From positions 96,412,023 through 96,475,125 of the forward strand of contig JARDVH010000059.1 in NCBI GenBank assembly GCA_030324005.1: a stretch of 63,103 bases of DNA, written 5' to 3'. The stretch is from Negaprion brevirostris. Lineage: Eukaryota. This document shows positions 36,121 through 48,610 of this stretch, one piece after another. Within the stretch, counting starts at the first letter, position 1. Every line of letters starts with the position of its first letter. The notes beneath the pieces are model-generated. The model did not search any database. It was not told the origin of the DNA and was given only the letters and a program-made list of their open reading frames with translations. Position numbers and translations under genes: made by a program.

Positions 36121-37525
36121 NNNNNNNNNNNNNNNNNNNNNNNNNNNNNNNNNNNNNNNNNNNNNNNNNNNNNNNNNNNNNNNNNNNNNNNNNNNNNNNN
36201 NNNNNNNNNNNNNNNNNNNNNNNNNNNNNNNNNNNNNNNNNNNNNNNNNNNNNNNNNNNNNNNNNNNNNNNNNNNNNNNNNNNNNNNNNNNNNNNNNNNN
36301 NNNNNNNNNNNNNNNNNNNNNNNNNNNNNNNNNNNNNNNNNNNNNNNNNNNNNNNNNNNNNNNNNNNNNNNNNNNNNNNNNNNNNNNNNNNNNNNNNNNN
36401 NNNNNNNNNNNNNNNNNNNNNNNNNNNNNNNNNNNNNNNNNNNNNNNNNNNNNNNNNNNNNNNNNNNNNNNNNNNNNNNNNNNNNNNNNNNNNNNNNNNN
36501 NNNNNNNNNNNNNNNNNNNNNNNNNNNNNNNNNNNNNNNNNNNNNNNNNNNNNNNNNNNNNNNNNNNNNNNNNNNNNNNNNNNNNNNNNNNNNNNNNGCA
36601 TGCATTTGATTTTTTACATAACAATAAACCATTATACGTCTAAAGACACACAAAGCAGATTTCAGGCACACAACATAGAGCAAAGAAAATACACTGCTGC
36701 TCTTAATCTCTCCCAGTGATTCTGCTACCATAGTTATTTTTCCACTTGAACTCTTCAATAACTTTATGACTGTGACCAAACAACGTATCCCAGACCTTCA
36801 AGACATGGGTGAGTGACCTGTCAACTTCTAAACCTTGCCTTCGGCCAGGTTCACAAAGCATCCTTATGTAGCAGAACTGAAAGCTGTTTTAACTCCTTGT
36901 GCCGAGCCCACAGACAGTCTACGACATTGAGATACAGAGGTAGTGTGAACCCACATTGCTACAGTCTCTATAATTTTATGCTTTCATTTCTGCTGCTTAA
37001 AATGCTGCCTATTTTTGTGTCACCAGCAAACTTGAATACATGACTGTCTATCCCCTAAGTCATTAATAAATACATACATAGTTGAGACCCCAACAAAAAC
37101 CTCTGTGGGACACCACTAGAATCTTTGCACTCTTGCCTTGTTATCCTCAAGTGCTCCAATGAAGAGGGTCTCCTGCACTGAAATTTCCTGGCGTTTACAG
37201 TACTGTTATTATACCACAACCCATGCCACTTTTGTGTGCTAGTGAACTTACCCAGTAAAACTTCATAATACTCTGCTAGTGAATGATGTTATTCCCATTC
37301 AGTAAGACAGCACAATGGACAGGAAGACAATCCAAGGACAATATTACATTTATGATAGGAATAAAATAAGTAAAAGAAACTGAAGAAAGAGAAAGAAAAT
37401 GAAACACAGAGTCGACTGAAGGTGAGAGCCGACAAAACCCATTTGGTAGAGCCTGTGTTTGTACAATATAATAGGAGTGTCTTCAAATTAGATTTATATT
37501 AATCTCTATTACTATTTATTCATAG

Positions 37526-37653
37526 AAACAGCCAAAGAGTACTTGCAAACCACGCCACCGCCAAAGGAAAGTTCCACAGAAAAAACGGTCACCAAAGAGG
37601 TATTGCACAGGGACAGTGTGTAAAACTACTCTGCGCAAACAAGAATCTAAAAA
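37526..37653 (+). CDS. RGS22: RGS22 exon, 128 nt, phase 0-2: KQPKSTCKPRHRQRKVPQKKRSPKR...KQESK
   Basis: tcatAG acceptor, GTAAGT donor, phase fits both neighbours; little recognisable conservation. Confidence 0.7.
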
Positions 37654-37671
37654 GTAAGTTCATATTTATTT

Positions 37672-37920
37672 AGTTTATTTTTTTTATTAGTGTCACAAGT
37701 AGGCTTACATTAACACTGCAATGAAGTTACTGTGAAACTCCCCCAGTTGCCACACTCTGGCACCTGTTCGGGAGGGAGGAACCACAGCACCTGGAGGAAA
37801 CCCACACAGACACGGGGAGAATGTGCAGATTGCACACAGATCGTAACTTCAGCGGGGCATCAAACCCCGGCCCCTGTCTGTGAGGCAGCAGCGCTAACTA
37901 TTGTGCCACTGTGCTGCCCA
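37672..37920 (-). mobile_element. V-SINE with type-2 tail, beginning about 20 bp after an RGS22 donor
   Basis: Family match. Confidence 0.85.
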
Positions 37921-38159
37921 CATATGTCATGTTGGAGAATGGCTTGTCAATACTTTGATGCACGTTGGTCAGAAAAAGTAGATTTTTGCCTGAGTTGCAT
38001 TTTTTATTAGTATGTTTATTGCTGGAAACAAGGTTTACAAGATTAACACTCTAGATCACATCAAGTATTCACTAACAGAAAGAACCAAATAGGTTGGTTA
38101 CACAAAACTCCAGGAGGGTGTGGTGCACAGTTATATGGCAAGCACAGTGGGTTATCTAA

Positions 38160-38600
38160 ATCATAGAAACTTACAACATAGAGGGAGTCTATTTGGCCCA
38201 TTGTTCCGAGCTAGTTATTTGAAAGAACAGACCATACCACACCATATTTTCCATGAACCTGCTCAACTCCCTTTTAAAAATAATTATGATATTAGTTTCA
38301 GATACAACTTTCAAGATCCCAGAAATTCTCCTCATTTCCCCTCCTGATATTTTGCAAACAATTTTGAATCTGACTGTTCTTTTTAAATCTCTCATAATTT
38401 TGAAGATCTCTCTCAATCTTTTCTGTTCCAAAGAGAACAGCCCTAATCTTTCTAATCACTTATCATATTTGAAGCCCCTCATCTCCTCCATTGTGCCCTT
38501 TTTATGGCCTTTATATCTTTCCTGAAGTATAGTGCCCAGAATTTCCCCTAATATCACTGAAAGCTAAGGCCTAACCAGTACATTATAAAATTCTAGCATT
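38160..38600 (-). mobile_element. Old CR1 fragment
   Basis: LEQKRLREIFKIM-like remnant. Confidence 0.65.
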
Positions 38601-40189
38601 AAAACAGTTCCTCTTGGTGAAAGATTCAATAACTATGGGTCATAGAATTAAATCAAATGGCATCTTTTATAATTACAATAAAGTGCGTATATATAACTGA
38701 ATTTTAGGTTCCTTCATCAGATGTGTACATAGAAAAGGTCAAGCGACTAGTCTGCCCAATCTTCAAGCTCATACCCATAATACACTAGGTGGCAGTTGCC
38801 AAAATCAGCAGCCTGCTAGCCATATGTAAATAAATAGACAGGTTATTTAAATTTGTTAACTAGAATATAGACCTGAATAGTAGGCTACCCAAGCCATAAC
38901 ACTGTAGGCTTGGGCAATCGGGCAGGAGTGGGCAGGCCATTTTTGAAGGCAGTCATGAACAAAAGCGGGAGGGAAAAGTGAGGGCACCTCATTCAGGGTT
39001 GGGGCGATACCTTGTTCCTCCCCCACCCATGAGATGTCATCTTGCTCCTGAGAAATTACCCATCCCTCTTCTTTCCATGCTGCCTGCCTTACAGAGGATG
39101 TTCCCCTCCCTCCCTCTCCCATCCACCCCCACACCTCTCCCCACTACACCAGAATTCTCTTCCCCTCCTTGGGCTCTGGGATTCCTCTCTGCCCTAACTT
39201 TCTCAGGCCATCCGTGTTCCTGTACAGCCTTCTTCCTGGTAGTGCTCACAACTCAGCTCAGGCGTTCCCAAAGGCTGGACCTTCTCCTGATGGAGGGGTG
39301 GAAGTTCCACTCTCCACCAATTCAGCCTTCCTGCAGCGTCTTATGGCTGCAGAAAAGGCTGGCAAAGAATGAGTCAACTTGCAACCTTTTTTATCTGTGG
39401 TGGTGTGGGGCAGGGGAAAAGTAGTCCACCCTGCATTAAATGCAGCCTGGTGTCTTTAACATGGTAGAACATCCTAAGCCACTTGGCAGAAACATTATGA
39501 GACCAAAGTTAATGTCAGGTCAGATAGAGATGTTAGGACAGGTGTTGGATTTTAAAAGACANNNNNNNNATGGGGTGCAATCTTACCTACCATTCACGCC
39601 GTGCACCCAGTGCAGTGAGAAAGAGAATTTGGCAGCCAGCCATTCATTGCAGCAGGTTGGGAATATTTCACTGGCACGAACAGTGATAAGATTCCAACCA
39701 CGGACTGTGTCTCTGTGGATCTTTGAAACAAGATAACATTGTCATTGTATACCACAAAAACAAGTTTTCAATAATTCTTATCAATTTTTTTTCAGCTGTC
39801 TTTAAGGGAATCTTTGTGAGTCATTTTGTTTTTACTATCTAATTCTGTCATACATATTTTCAAACAGTAAGGTGTTCAAGGTTCTTATGAATTCCCACTC
39901 TTCTATGTGGTGTTTTTCAGTAGCTGCTTGGCACTAGTTCAAATGCTGCATGAGTTTCTCAACTTCTATTAATTTAACTAACATTTTAATTTCTTCATTG
40001 AATGGTCACTTCCTTTACAGTTGGTTTTTGGATACAAAGGTAATTGATAGAAATGGGATAATGTGGGAAGACAGAATTGAAGTCAAAGATTAGCCATAAT
40101 CTCAAACGGTCTACCACTGTTTTTATTAAGCTGCCTCAATGAAACAAACTCATATGCTAAAAACTTGCAATAAAACATCTACTGGTTAA

Positions 40190-40394
40190 TGTTGTGTATT
40201 TGGCTACTGGGGTGCATCCCAAGAACTGACTCCACAGACAGACACTGGGGAACACAAGTATTTATTTGCAGGTCTCACTTAGTCTGCACTCCAACTCCTA
40301 CTGCCCACTCAGGATGGTCCCCAGTGGATCTCCAGACACCCAGACTGACATGGCCCACTTCCTTAAAGGGGCTATGCCCCCAACATACATAACA
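40190..40394 (-). mobile_element. Solo LTR, 205 bp, with 5-bp TSD GTTAA
   Basis: GTTAA|TGTTGTGTA...TACATAACA|GTTAA; minus-strand AATAAA; GCCCCTTTAAGG motif shared with the LTR at 6154. Confidence 0.85.
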
Positions 40395-40506
40395 GTTAAG
40401 GGTTCTGCAAACGCTAAGCATATCTTAATTTATAATCTGTTATAGGCAACTTATTTTATGTCTTCCATATATTTCAATTAAATTGTTGATAATCCCTTTC
40501 CCACAG

Positions 40507-40618
40507 ACAGCTTTCACCTTCAGTTGACAATATTTGGTCTCAAGCTTCAAAAGCTATGAAAGATTTGGAAGACTTGGAGTTACGTAAAGCAAAGGACCTC
40601 CGCAATTTAGAGACGTTA
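40507..40618 (+). CDS. RGS22: RGS22 exon, 112 nt, phase 2-0: QLSPSVDNIWSQ...LRNLETL
   Basis: ccctttcccacAG acceptor, GTGAGT donor, open frame, phase fits. Confidence 0.72.
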
Positions 40619-40703
40619 GTGAGTATTCAGCTGAATATTTAACTTAAAGCAACAGGAAAAAGTTGAGAAAATCCTTACGAGGCAAGAACTACTTTATAGG
40701 GTC

Positions 40704-41020
40704 CCTCACAGTGCCAGGGACCCGGATTTGGCCTTGGGTGAGTGTCTGTGTGCAGTTTGCACATCCTCCCCGTGTCTGTGTGGGTTTTCTCCAGGTGTTC
40801 CGGTTTTTTCCCACACACCAAAGATGTACAGGTTAGGTGACCATGCGAAGTTGCCCCTTAGTTACCAAAGATCTGTAAGTTAGGTGGATTAGCCAAAATA
40901 AATGCACAGGTTTATAGGGATAGAGAGGGCGGGGCGGAGGCTGGGCGGCATGCTCTTTTGGAGAATTGGTGCAGACTCAATGAGTCGGATGGCCTCTTTC
41001 TGCACTGTAGGGATTCTATG
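40704..41020 (+). mobile_element. HE1/V-SINE
   Basis: Family match. Confidence 0.85.
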
Positions 41021-41849
41021 GTTAACCATTCACTCAACCAGAAGGGAAAGAAAATCAACTGCAAGCAAAATGCAATGAAGATATCTTATTATTGGATGAC
41101 GATGGACAGGCAGTAGTCTGATGCTCCTCATTTTCTGGAAGTGATTGTCACATTGAATCAATTACTGCGCTTGAAAATTGGTGACTGGAACAAGATTCTG
41201 TTGCACCAATTTGAATAGCCATGACAATGATACACTATCAGTCAATTTTAACCTGCTATTGCACTTTGGGATGAACTATTTTATTTTGAAATATCCTGCT
41301 GAAATGATGCCCAAGGTCTGTCTGACTTGATGTTAGATCTGCCCTCCAAATGTCTGGCCAACATTCTTTCCCATTAAGACTTAGTAAAATTTAACTTGGA
41401 CATAAGACAGCTGTAAGACCCCAGTACAGTCTTCAGGCGCAAATGGATGGTGAAGTCACCAATGCACACAGCATCCAGATTTATTGAATGTATAGCAAAC
41501 ATAACGTCACTAAATTTTGTGGGACCATGGGTAATATGAATGCTCTCTCCAATTTCTAACTACTCTCACTCCAGCCAAACAACTGATTTTCTCACCTGTG
41601 GCATTTAGCGTGTAATCAATTTCCATGTAAGTTCAAATATTAGTGAATCTTGGTGAAAAATGTATTTAACGTGACTTAAAATTCCAATTCTGTCCACTGG
41701 GCAGTACTGTTTCCCACCTGTTCCACAAAGACAGATTAGTCTTGGGATTTACCTGAGTGATCTAGTGCGGACATTCTGGGATGTATGGCCTCACTGCTGC
41801 CCACAAGCTTAGATCCTCCTCCAGGATAATGGAACTGCTGTAGCAGAGA

Positions 41850-42640
41850 CCATAGAAGGATTTATTTCAAATTTTAGGTGGGTAGAGACGTTGAAAGCTG
41901 GCAATCTCAGCAGCACTAGAGAACAGGACTTGATGTTGATGAAGGTGATAGGTTGAGCTGAGGTTTATAAATGGCAAAACTCTGCAAGCATTTGGGAACA
42001 GCATTGAAATAGTCAAGTCTATGAGGAGGTCTTGTGGTGTGGAAGCTTTGCGTCTACTCCACGAGTTGATGGCCATGGAAGGTGCATTCATAATGCAGCC
42101 AAACAGGATTGAGTATCAATTCTTCCAACACATGCCAATGGCAGTCAGTAAGAGTGGGAGAGATTTTTGGTCAGCCATGTAATGGAAAGAATGTTAGAGC
42201 TCTACCATCACTATTTATGGCTCCAGGCTACAACATGCATTTAGAAGTGCATGTTGCCACAACAACTCAGACTCCCAGAGTGAACTCTAAGATACCAGTC
42301 AAGCCTAGACATGGCAAAGATGTAGATGAAAATTTCAGCTCATCAGTAAAGTGAGGTACAGTCAAAGTGGATAACAAGTAGCCATAGACGTAGTGATTGG
42401 GTGTGAAATTTAAAGTGCAGCTCAGGATGACACAAGAGACTGGTTGTATCTATTTAGGCTTAACTGTGGGAACTGCAAGAGACAGATTTCCTGAGCAAAA
42501 TATAGGAATCCCAAGGTAAGGACTAGAGTTTTAGCTATAAGTGGTTTCAGTCTTGCTGATGTTGAGTTGAAGGGAGCTCTTGCTACTTCAACACTTGGTA
42601 AAGCTGGGTGTCTTTGACATGATACTGAGAACTCTAAGAT
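41850..42640 (-). mobile_element. Ancient L2-type LINE RT C-terminal fragment
   Basis: Minus-strand remnants LQLNISKTE, GVIL and F.MSRLD. Confidence 0.55.
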
Positions 42641-42650
42641 CATTGATAAA

Positions 42651-43110
42651 AACATAAGAACCAGGAGCAGAAGTAGGCAGTTCAGCCTCTCGAGATTGCT
42701 CCACCATTCAATATGATCATGATGGAACTCATCTCGGCCTCATCTTCACCTTTCTTCCTGCTTCCCATAACCCTTCATCTTTCTGATAATTAAAAATCTA
42801 TCTACCTCTTCTTTAAATTTATTTTGTGTTCTGATGTCCATTGCATTCTGGGGTAGAGAATTCCACAGATTCATGACCCTTTGAGTGAAGTAATTCCTCC
42901 TCATTTCTGTTTTAAATCTACCACCCCTCAGCCTACAATTGTGGCGTTGCGTTCTAGGATTCAAACAAGGGGAAACATCTGTTCTATGATTACCCTGTCA
43001 ATCCCCTTTAGCATCTTAAATACCTCAATTAGATCTCCTGTCATTCTTCTGAACTGAAGTGTGAGCCTCGATTGCTCAACCTCTCTTCATGACACAAGTC
43101 CTTCATCGCT
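42651..43110 (-). mobile_element. CR1/HER1 3' fragment
   Basis: FKTEMRRNYFTQRVMNLWNSLPQ. Confidence 0.85.
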
Positions 43111-43149
43111 GGATGCTGAATTAAATCTTACTTGCATGTGTTTCTTTAG

Positions 43150-43275
43150 ATACAGATAAAGAAATACCACGAGGACCTGTGTGACTCTAAAATAGACAAC
43201 TTGCTACAGACTCTGCACAATGAAAGCAGAACTGGATACTACTTCACACGTTTTTGTGAAAAAACAGGGAATGCG
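43150..43275 (+). CDS. RGS22: RGS22 exon, 126 nt, phase 0-0: ...IDNLLQTLHNESRTGYYFTRFCEKTGNA
   Basis: tttcttTAG acceptor (alternative in-frame AG at 43155), GTAAGT donor; resembles MENLLQSL..AGFFFTKFCE. Confidence 0.92.
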
Positions 43276-43635
43276 GTAAGTGAAATAAATCTTAGATTAT
43301 GAGGCAGAGAGTTTTGTTACTTGATCATGGGTTGGTTTGAGAACTGACCAGAAATCTTACCTTCATCTGAGAATCAACATATTCGTCACTTCCAAGCTGG
43401 CAGGTTACTATCAGCAAATCATGGTTTAATGTGGCACAGAAGGCAGCCAATTATCTCATCATGCCTATGCCAGCTCTTTGGAGGAGTTTCGAACTAGTTC
43501 CACTCCTAGCTCTTTCTCCATAGCCTTGTAATTATTTTCCCTTCAAGTATGTATCCAATTCTCTTTCAAAGGAATCTGCTTCTAATACTTCTGCATTCCA
43601 AAATGCAAATATACATACAAATATACATACAGGTT

Positions 43636-44006
43636 GGGGGAGTGGCTTAATGGTATTGTCACTGGACCAGTAATCCAGAGATCCAGGGTAATGCTCTGGG
43701 GACCTGGGTTCAAATTCCACCATGGCAAATGGTGAAACTTGAATTCAGTAGAAAATCTGGAATTAAAAAAAGTCTTATCGATGACCATGAAATCATTATC
43801 GATTGTCAGAAAAACCCATCTCGTTCATGAATGTCCTTTAGGGAAGGAAATTTGTCATCCTTACCCAGTCTGGCCTACATGTGACTCCAGACTCACAGCA
43901 ATGTGGTTGATTCTTGAATATCTGCTGACATGGAGGGCAGTTAGAGATGGGCAATGAATGTTGGTCCAGTCAGTGACACCCACATCCCGTAAACGGTTTA
44001 CAAAAA
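43636..44006 (+). mobile_element. tRNA-SINE family 2 with CR1-derived tail
   Basis: A box tggcttaatgg, B box ggttcaaattcc; tail matches the LINE 3' ends at 8880 and 23680. Confidence 0.8.
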
Positions 44007-44143
44007 ACAGACAAATTAGGAGTCAGAGTAGGCCACTTGGCCCCACTTGCTTTTATTTCCTGTTACTGCTACTTCCTTTGCCTATCACCCTATATCTGCA
44101 TTCTCTGGTTAGTCATCCTTTTGCCACACAATACCACCAATTG

Positions 44144-44448
44144 TGGGCAGCATGGTGGCATAGTGGTTAACACTGCTTCCTCACAGTGCCAGGGACCAGG
44201 TCGATTCCCGGCTTCAGTCACAATCTATGCGGGGTCTGCACCTTCTCTCCGTGTCTGTATGGGTTTCCGCCGGGTGCTGCGGTTTCCTCCCACAGTCCAA
44301 AGATGTACAGGTTAGGTGAATTGGCCAGGCTAAATTCTCTTTCAGTGTACCCGAACAGGCGTCGGAGTGTGGCGACTAGGGGATTTTCACAGTAACTTCA
44401 TTGCAGTGTGAATGTAAGCTACTTGTGACTAACAAATAAACTTAACTT
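44144..44448 (+). mobile_element. V-SINE with type-2 tail
   Basis: Family match. Confidence 0.85.
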
Positions 44449-44553
44449 TGTGTTCTTATTTCAGAAGTAAGCAGTTATACAGAATGGCTACACTGAATGG
44501 AAACAAACCATTGCCGTAACGAATATGAACCAATTCTTCTTCTTATCTTGCAG

Positions 44554-44655
44554 TTATGGAGCAATGCTGTGAACTTGTGGTTTGACCTGAAGGAATATCA
44601 GCGATTATTTTATGCAGAAATCTTTCAACCTTTTAAACTCAAGAGACAAGCTCAG
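44554..44655 (+). CDS. RGS22: RGS22 exon, 102 nt, phase 0-0: LWSNAVNLWFDLKEYQRLFYAEIFQPFKLKRQAQ; GC donor
   Basis: cttgcAG acceptor, CAG|GCAAGC donor at the point where homology passes to the next exon. Confidence 0.9.
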
Positions 44656-46231
44656 GCAAGCTATGAAATTTATTTTATTTTGATAGTCCTTACTATTTGG
44701 TGACTCATATATGGATGGGTCGGGTTAAAGAATATATAATGATGTAAATGAGAAAGCTAAGGAAACCAGCTGTATTGCAATAGAGGGGGATTTTACACCC
44801 TCTCCTCCCCTCCCAATATGGGAGCTTTTGTGTCAGGAGGAATATTACATCTTTTAAAATCCCTTACCTTAACTCACTCACTTCTGGGCTTAGCAGAGAA
44901 GGGACAGATTCTGTCGATGGCCAATGAACTTCCAGTTGCAGGTCACTCATTTAAATATTTAAATTAAACAGCATGCCTCAGGTTTTAGCTCCACTCCATC
45001 TTTAATGCTACCTGGCTACCCAGCTGATAAAGGGAGATGAGGAGGCTGATTGAAAGAGGTAAGAGTTTTTTTTTCCAGCACAGCCTGTGGGCCTGGTGGA
45101 GCAGGAATACATTATCCTGGCCTCCCAAGCTAAATTGCTTTCCTTCCTGCAATTGGCCTTTCCCACAATCAGCTAAACTTTCCAAACCCTTTCTCTGCCC
45201 CCATCTCTCTCCAATCTCCATGATCACTTCCCAACAACATTCTCCGAATTTGTCTTTGCTGTGCACAGCCTGTTTGTTGCACTGTGCAATCCTTTCTATG
45301 TGGCCATACATGTGTGCATCTTAAAAGTACGGTTGTCTAAGTGCAATCTGGTACACTCCTGTGTGGCGTATTCTTGATTCTGCAGCCACANNNNNNNNNN
45401 NNNNNNNNNNNNNNNNNNNNNNNNNNNNNNNNNNNNNNNNNNNNNNNNNNNNNNNNNNNNNNNNNNNNNNNNNNNNNNNNNNNNNNNNNNAGCCACACTC
45501 AACATGTGGCTTAGGGGGAACGTTGTTCCCGGATCCTCCAAGCCACTGCTGTATCCACTGCCACCTGAGCCACCCCTGCCCCATGACCTCTAACCCGAGG
45601 AACAGGAGGCCTTTTGTGGCACATTCCTTGCTTGGCAGAGAGCCAAGCTCATCAAACAGTTGGCTTCTGGGCAGAGAACTGTTAAAAATATATCTACAAA
45701 GTATAGAGTTAAAACTCCCCAGCACTTGAGGAAACACAGAATTCCAGATTCCAATCCCAACTTCTTCCCAGCGTTTGCAAATCTCAGCAGGGGGTGCAAC
45801 AAAACAGAGGCATTTTGTCTCTTCTATTTAATAAGCCTTCCTTTAAAGCTACATAAGCATTTTTTTAAAAATTAGCTGCAGTTCAATGCTTGTAACAAGC
45901 TTACTTCAATACACTGTTGTAAATTTCAGGCTGAAGTGGGGAATAATTCGGATTTAGGTATATGCCACTGAAGTTAATGGAAAATGAAATGGGGGAGGGG
46001 GGGGTCGATTGTACAACATGACAGACGATTCAGTGTTGAGTCATGGGTCTCACTTATATGAGGCTGGCAAGCACCAGACACTTGCTAGCACATTTTGAAG
46101 GTGGTGTGGTGGAGCAGGGAAGGTGGAGCTCAGAGCGCAGTCTGTGCCAAATTTTTCCTCTCTCTAACCCAGGAATGTTAGAGCCACTTGAAGTAGCCCA
46201 ATTCCTGACCTGATTGAAAAAAAGTCATAAG

Positions 46232-46859
46232 GGGGGAGGCAGTGGCATAGTGGTACTGTCACTGGACTAGTACTCCAGAGATCCAAGGTGATGATCTGAG
46301 AACCTGGGTTGGAATCCTACCACAGTAGATGGTGAAATTTGAATTCAATAAATATCCAGAATTAAAAACGATGACCATGAAACCATTGTCGATTGTCATA
46401 AAAACCCATCTGATTGACTAATGTCCTTGAGACAAGGAAATCATAGAATCCCTACGGTGCAGAAGGAGGCCATTCGGCCCATTGAGTTTCCCAGGCCCTA
46501 TTCTATAACCCCACATATTTACCCTACTAATCTCCCTGACACTAGGGTCAATTTGGCATGGCCAATCAACTTAACCTGCAAATCTTTGGACCGTGGGAGG
46601 AAACTGGAGCACCCAGAGAAAACATGCACAGACACTGGGAGAACATACAAACTCCACACAGATCTTCACCCGAGTCCCTGGCTCTGTGAGGCAGCAGTGC
46701 TAACCACTGTGCCACCCAATCTGCTGTCCTTACCTGCTGTGGCCTATGTGTGACTCCAGATCCACAGTAATGTGGTTGACTCTTAAATGTCCTCAGTGAT
46801 GGGCGATAAATGCTAACCCAGCCAGCGATGCCCATATCCCATAGATGAGTTCAAAAAAA
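46232..46859 (+). mobile_element. tRNA-SINE family 2 with an HE1/V-SINE (46441-46717, minus strand) nested inside
   Basis: Family-2 sequence resumes after the insert; AATC on both sides. Confidence 0.85.
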
Positions 46860-46881
46860 TTCCACGCAAGGCAGGAAATCA

Positions 46882-46957
46882 AACCTTACACACATTCTTG
46901 TCTGTGGAGCTCAGTACACAACCTTACACACGTTCTTGTCTGTGGAGCTCAGTACAC
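46882..46957. repeat. 38-bp tandem duplication, one mismatch
   Basis: AACCTTACACAC(A/G)TTCTTGTCTGTGGAGCTCAGTACAC twice. Confidence 0.95.
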
Positions 46958-47258
46958 AACATGTTGTACTTCACCTCTAAGCCATGGAGCATGAGGCATT
47001 TGGTACACATTATAACAACTATTATTCTCCTCCACTATTCTCTAATAAAACAATTAGCTATAGACCCTCAGGTCTAACGTTACTCTCTGACCTGTCTGTT
47101 TAGAGGACTGACTCTGCAGTCCAGGAGTAACCAATGTAATTTTATGATGGAAATTAAGATTGTTTGTATGATTTTAAGAAGCCATTGAAACCATAAATGG
47201 GTGTATGGATACTTTCATCTATAAACAGATCTTTTCACGGTTTGTCCATTTGTTTCAG

Positions 47259-47453
47259 TTCATTTTTGCTACATACACTGTTGAAGGCACCCCAGCAGAT
47301 GTCCAAATAGATGCAGAGAATAAGAAAGCGATCTATAGCAAACTGGAACCTCCCTTTGAAGAACTATTTGATCAGTTAGAGGAACACACTCTCCTCTTGC
47401 TGCTGGTACCTTGGATCCAAATGATTGAAGCAGAAATGGTAGCTTATAGAAAG
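47259..47453 (+). CDS. RGS22: RGS22 exon, 195 nt, phase 0-0: FIFATY...PPFEELFD...LLLLLVPW...AYRK
   Basis: tttcAG acceptor, AAG|GTACAT donor, RGS-like domain motif. Confidence 0.95.
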
Positions 47454-48065
47454 GTACATCATTACATCCAACTGCTTTATTACATGAGTCTGTGCAAAAT
47501 GGTCCACGTCATACTTTGCTCAGTCTTATACTAAGTCTGTAGACGTGCACTCTTTTCCCCCTTTCATATTGCTTCTTTACCCTCTACATCCCGAATACTC
47601 TTGTGGATGATAGAATGCATACAGAATAGATATCCCCTGTGTGCAGCCATTAGGGCCCACGTGATTGCAGTTTACTCCGAATCCTGTTGAGGAAGCTGCT
47701 TCTCTTAAATTACCTGATCTCCACTTGACAGCATGGCTGAGATTAGTATTGAACATATAAAGCTCAGTCATTTGTTGTCAAGTCTTCACAAGCTATTGGC
47801 CTACTCAAAGGGTCATAGTGCATCTCTGGTGTCCTCAGAAGAGGAAGTGCTAAAAGATTAGTGATCTCTTCCCTTGTACTTCCACCTCAACCCTCCACCT
47901 GAAAATAAGTCTTGTAAATATAGGTATTTTGAAAATGTTTCCATTTTTGTCTTAAAGAAATATTTTTCCAACAATGAAATACACGGTGTGAAAACTTATT
48001 GTAACTGTACATTTCTTGGTACATTATTTTTATTCAGGTATTGGTCAATTTAATCTTTTTCATTG

Positions 48066-48396
48066 AATCATAGAATCCCTACAGTGCAGAAGAGGTCATT
48101 CAGCCCATCGAGTCTGCACTGACCCTCTGACAGAGCATCTTTCCCAGGCCCTTTCCTCTGTCCTATCCCATGGCTAATCCATCGAACCTATACATCTTGG
48201 GACACTAAAGGGCAATTTAGCATGGCCAGTCCGCTTAATCTGCACATCTTTGAATTGTGGGAGGAAACCGGGGCACCTGGAGAAAACCCATGCAGACACG
48301 GAGTGAATGTGCAAACTCCACACAGACAGTGACCTGAGGCTGGAATTGAACCCAGGTCCCTGGAACTATAAGACAGCAGTGCTAACCACCGCACCA
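48066..48396 (-). mobile_element. HE1/V-SINE
   Basis: Family match. Confidence 0.85.
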
Positions 48397-48610
48397 CTCA
48401 TTTTAGTTTCATTTTAATTTGTTGACAGCTGTGTCAAATTAGTGCACAGAAGAATATAGTAAGAACAGTTGTCCCTGATCAGAAAATATATGTACATTTT
48501 CCCTCCTGTTTTCACCCTGGTCTACTGTAAATTGAGCATTTAACTTATAGTACAACTGTTATGGTCATAGCATTGTTTACAGATACTCAGCGAAGATTTT
48601 TTGTTTTTAG

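Noticed and set aside
1403-48396. tRNA-like A/B boxes at many positions
   Set aside because: All are SINE heads without a complete cloverleaf; not tRNA genes.
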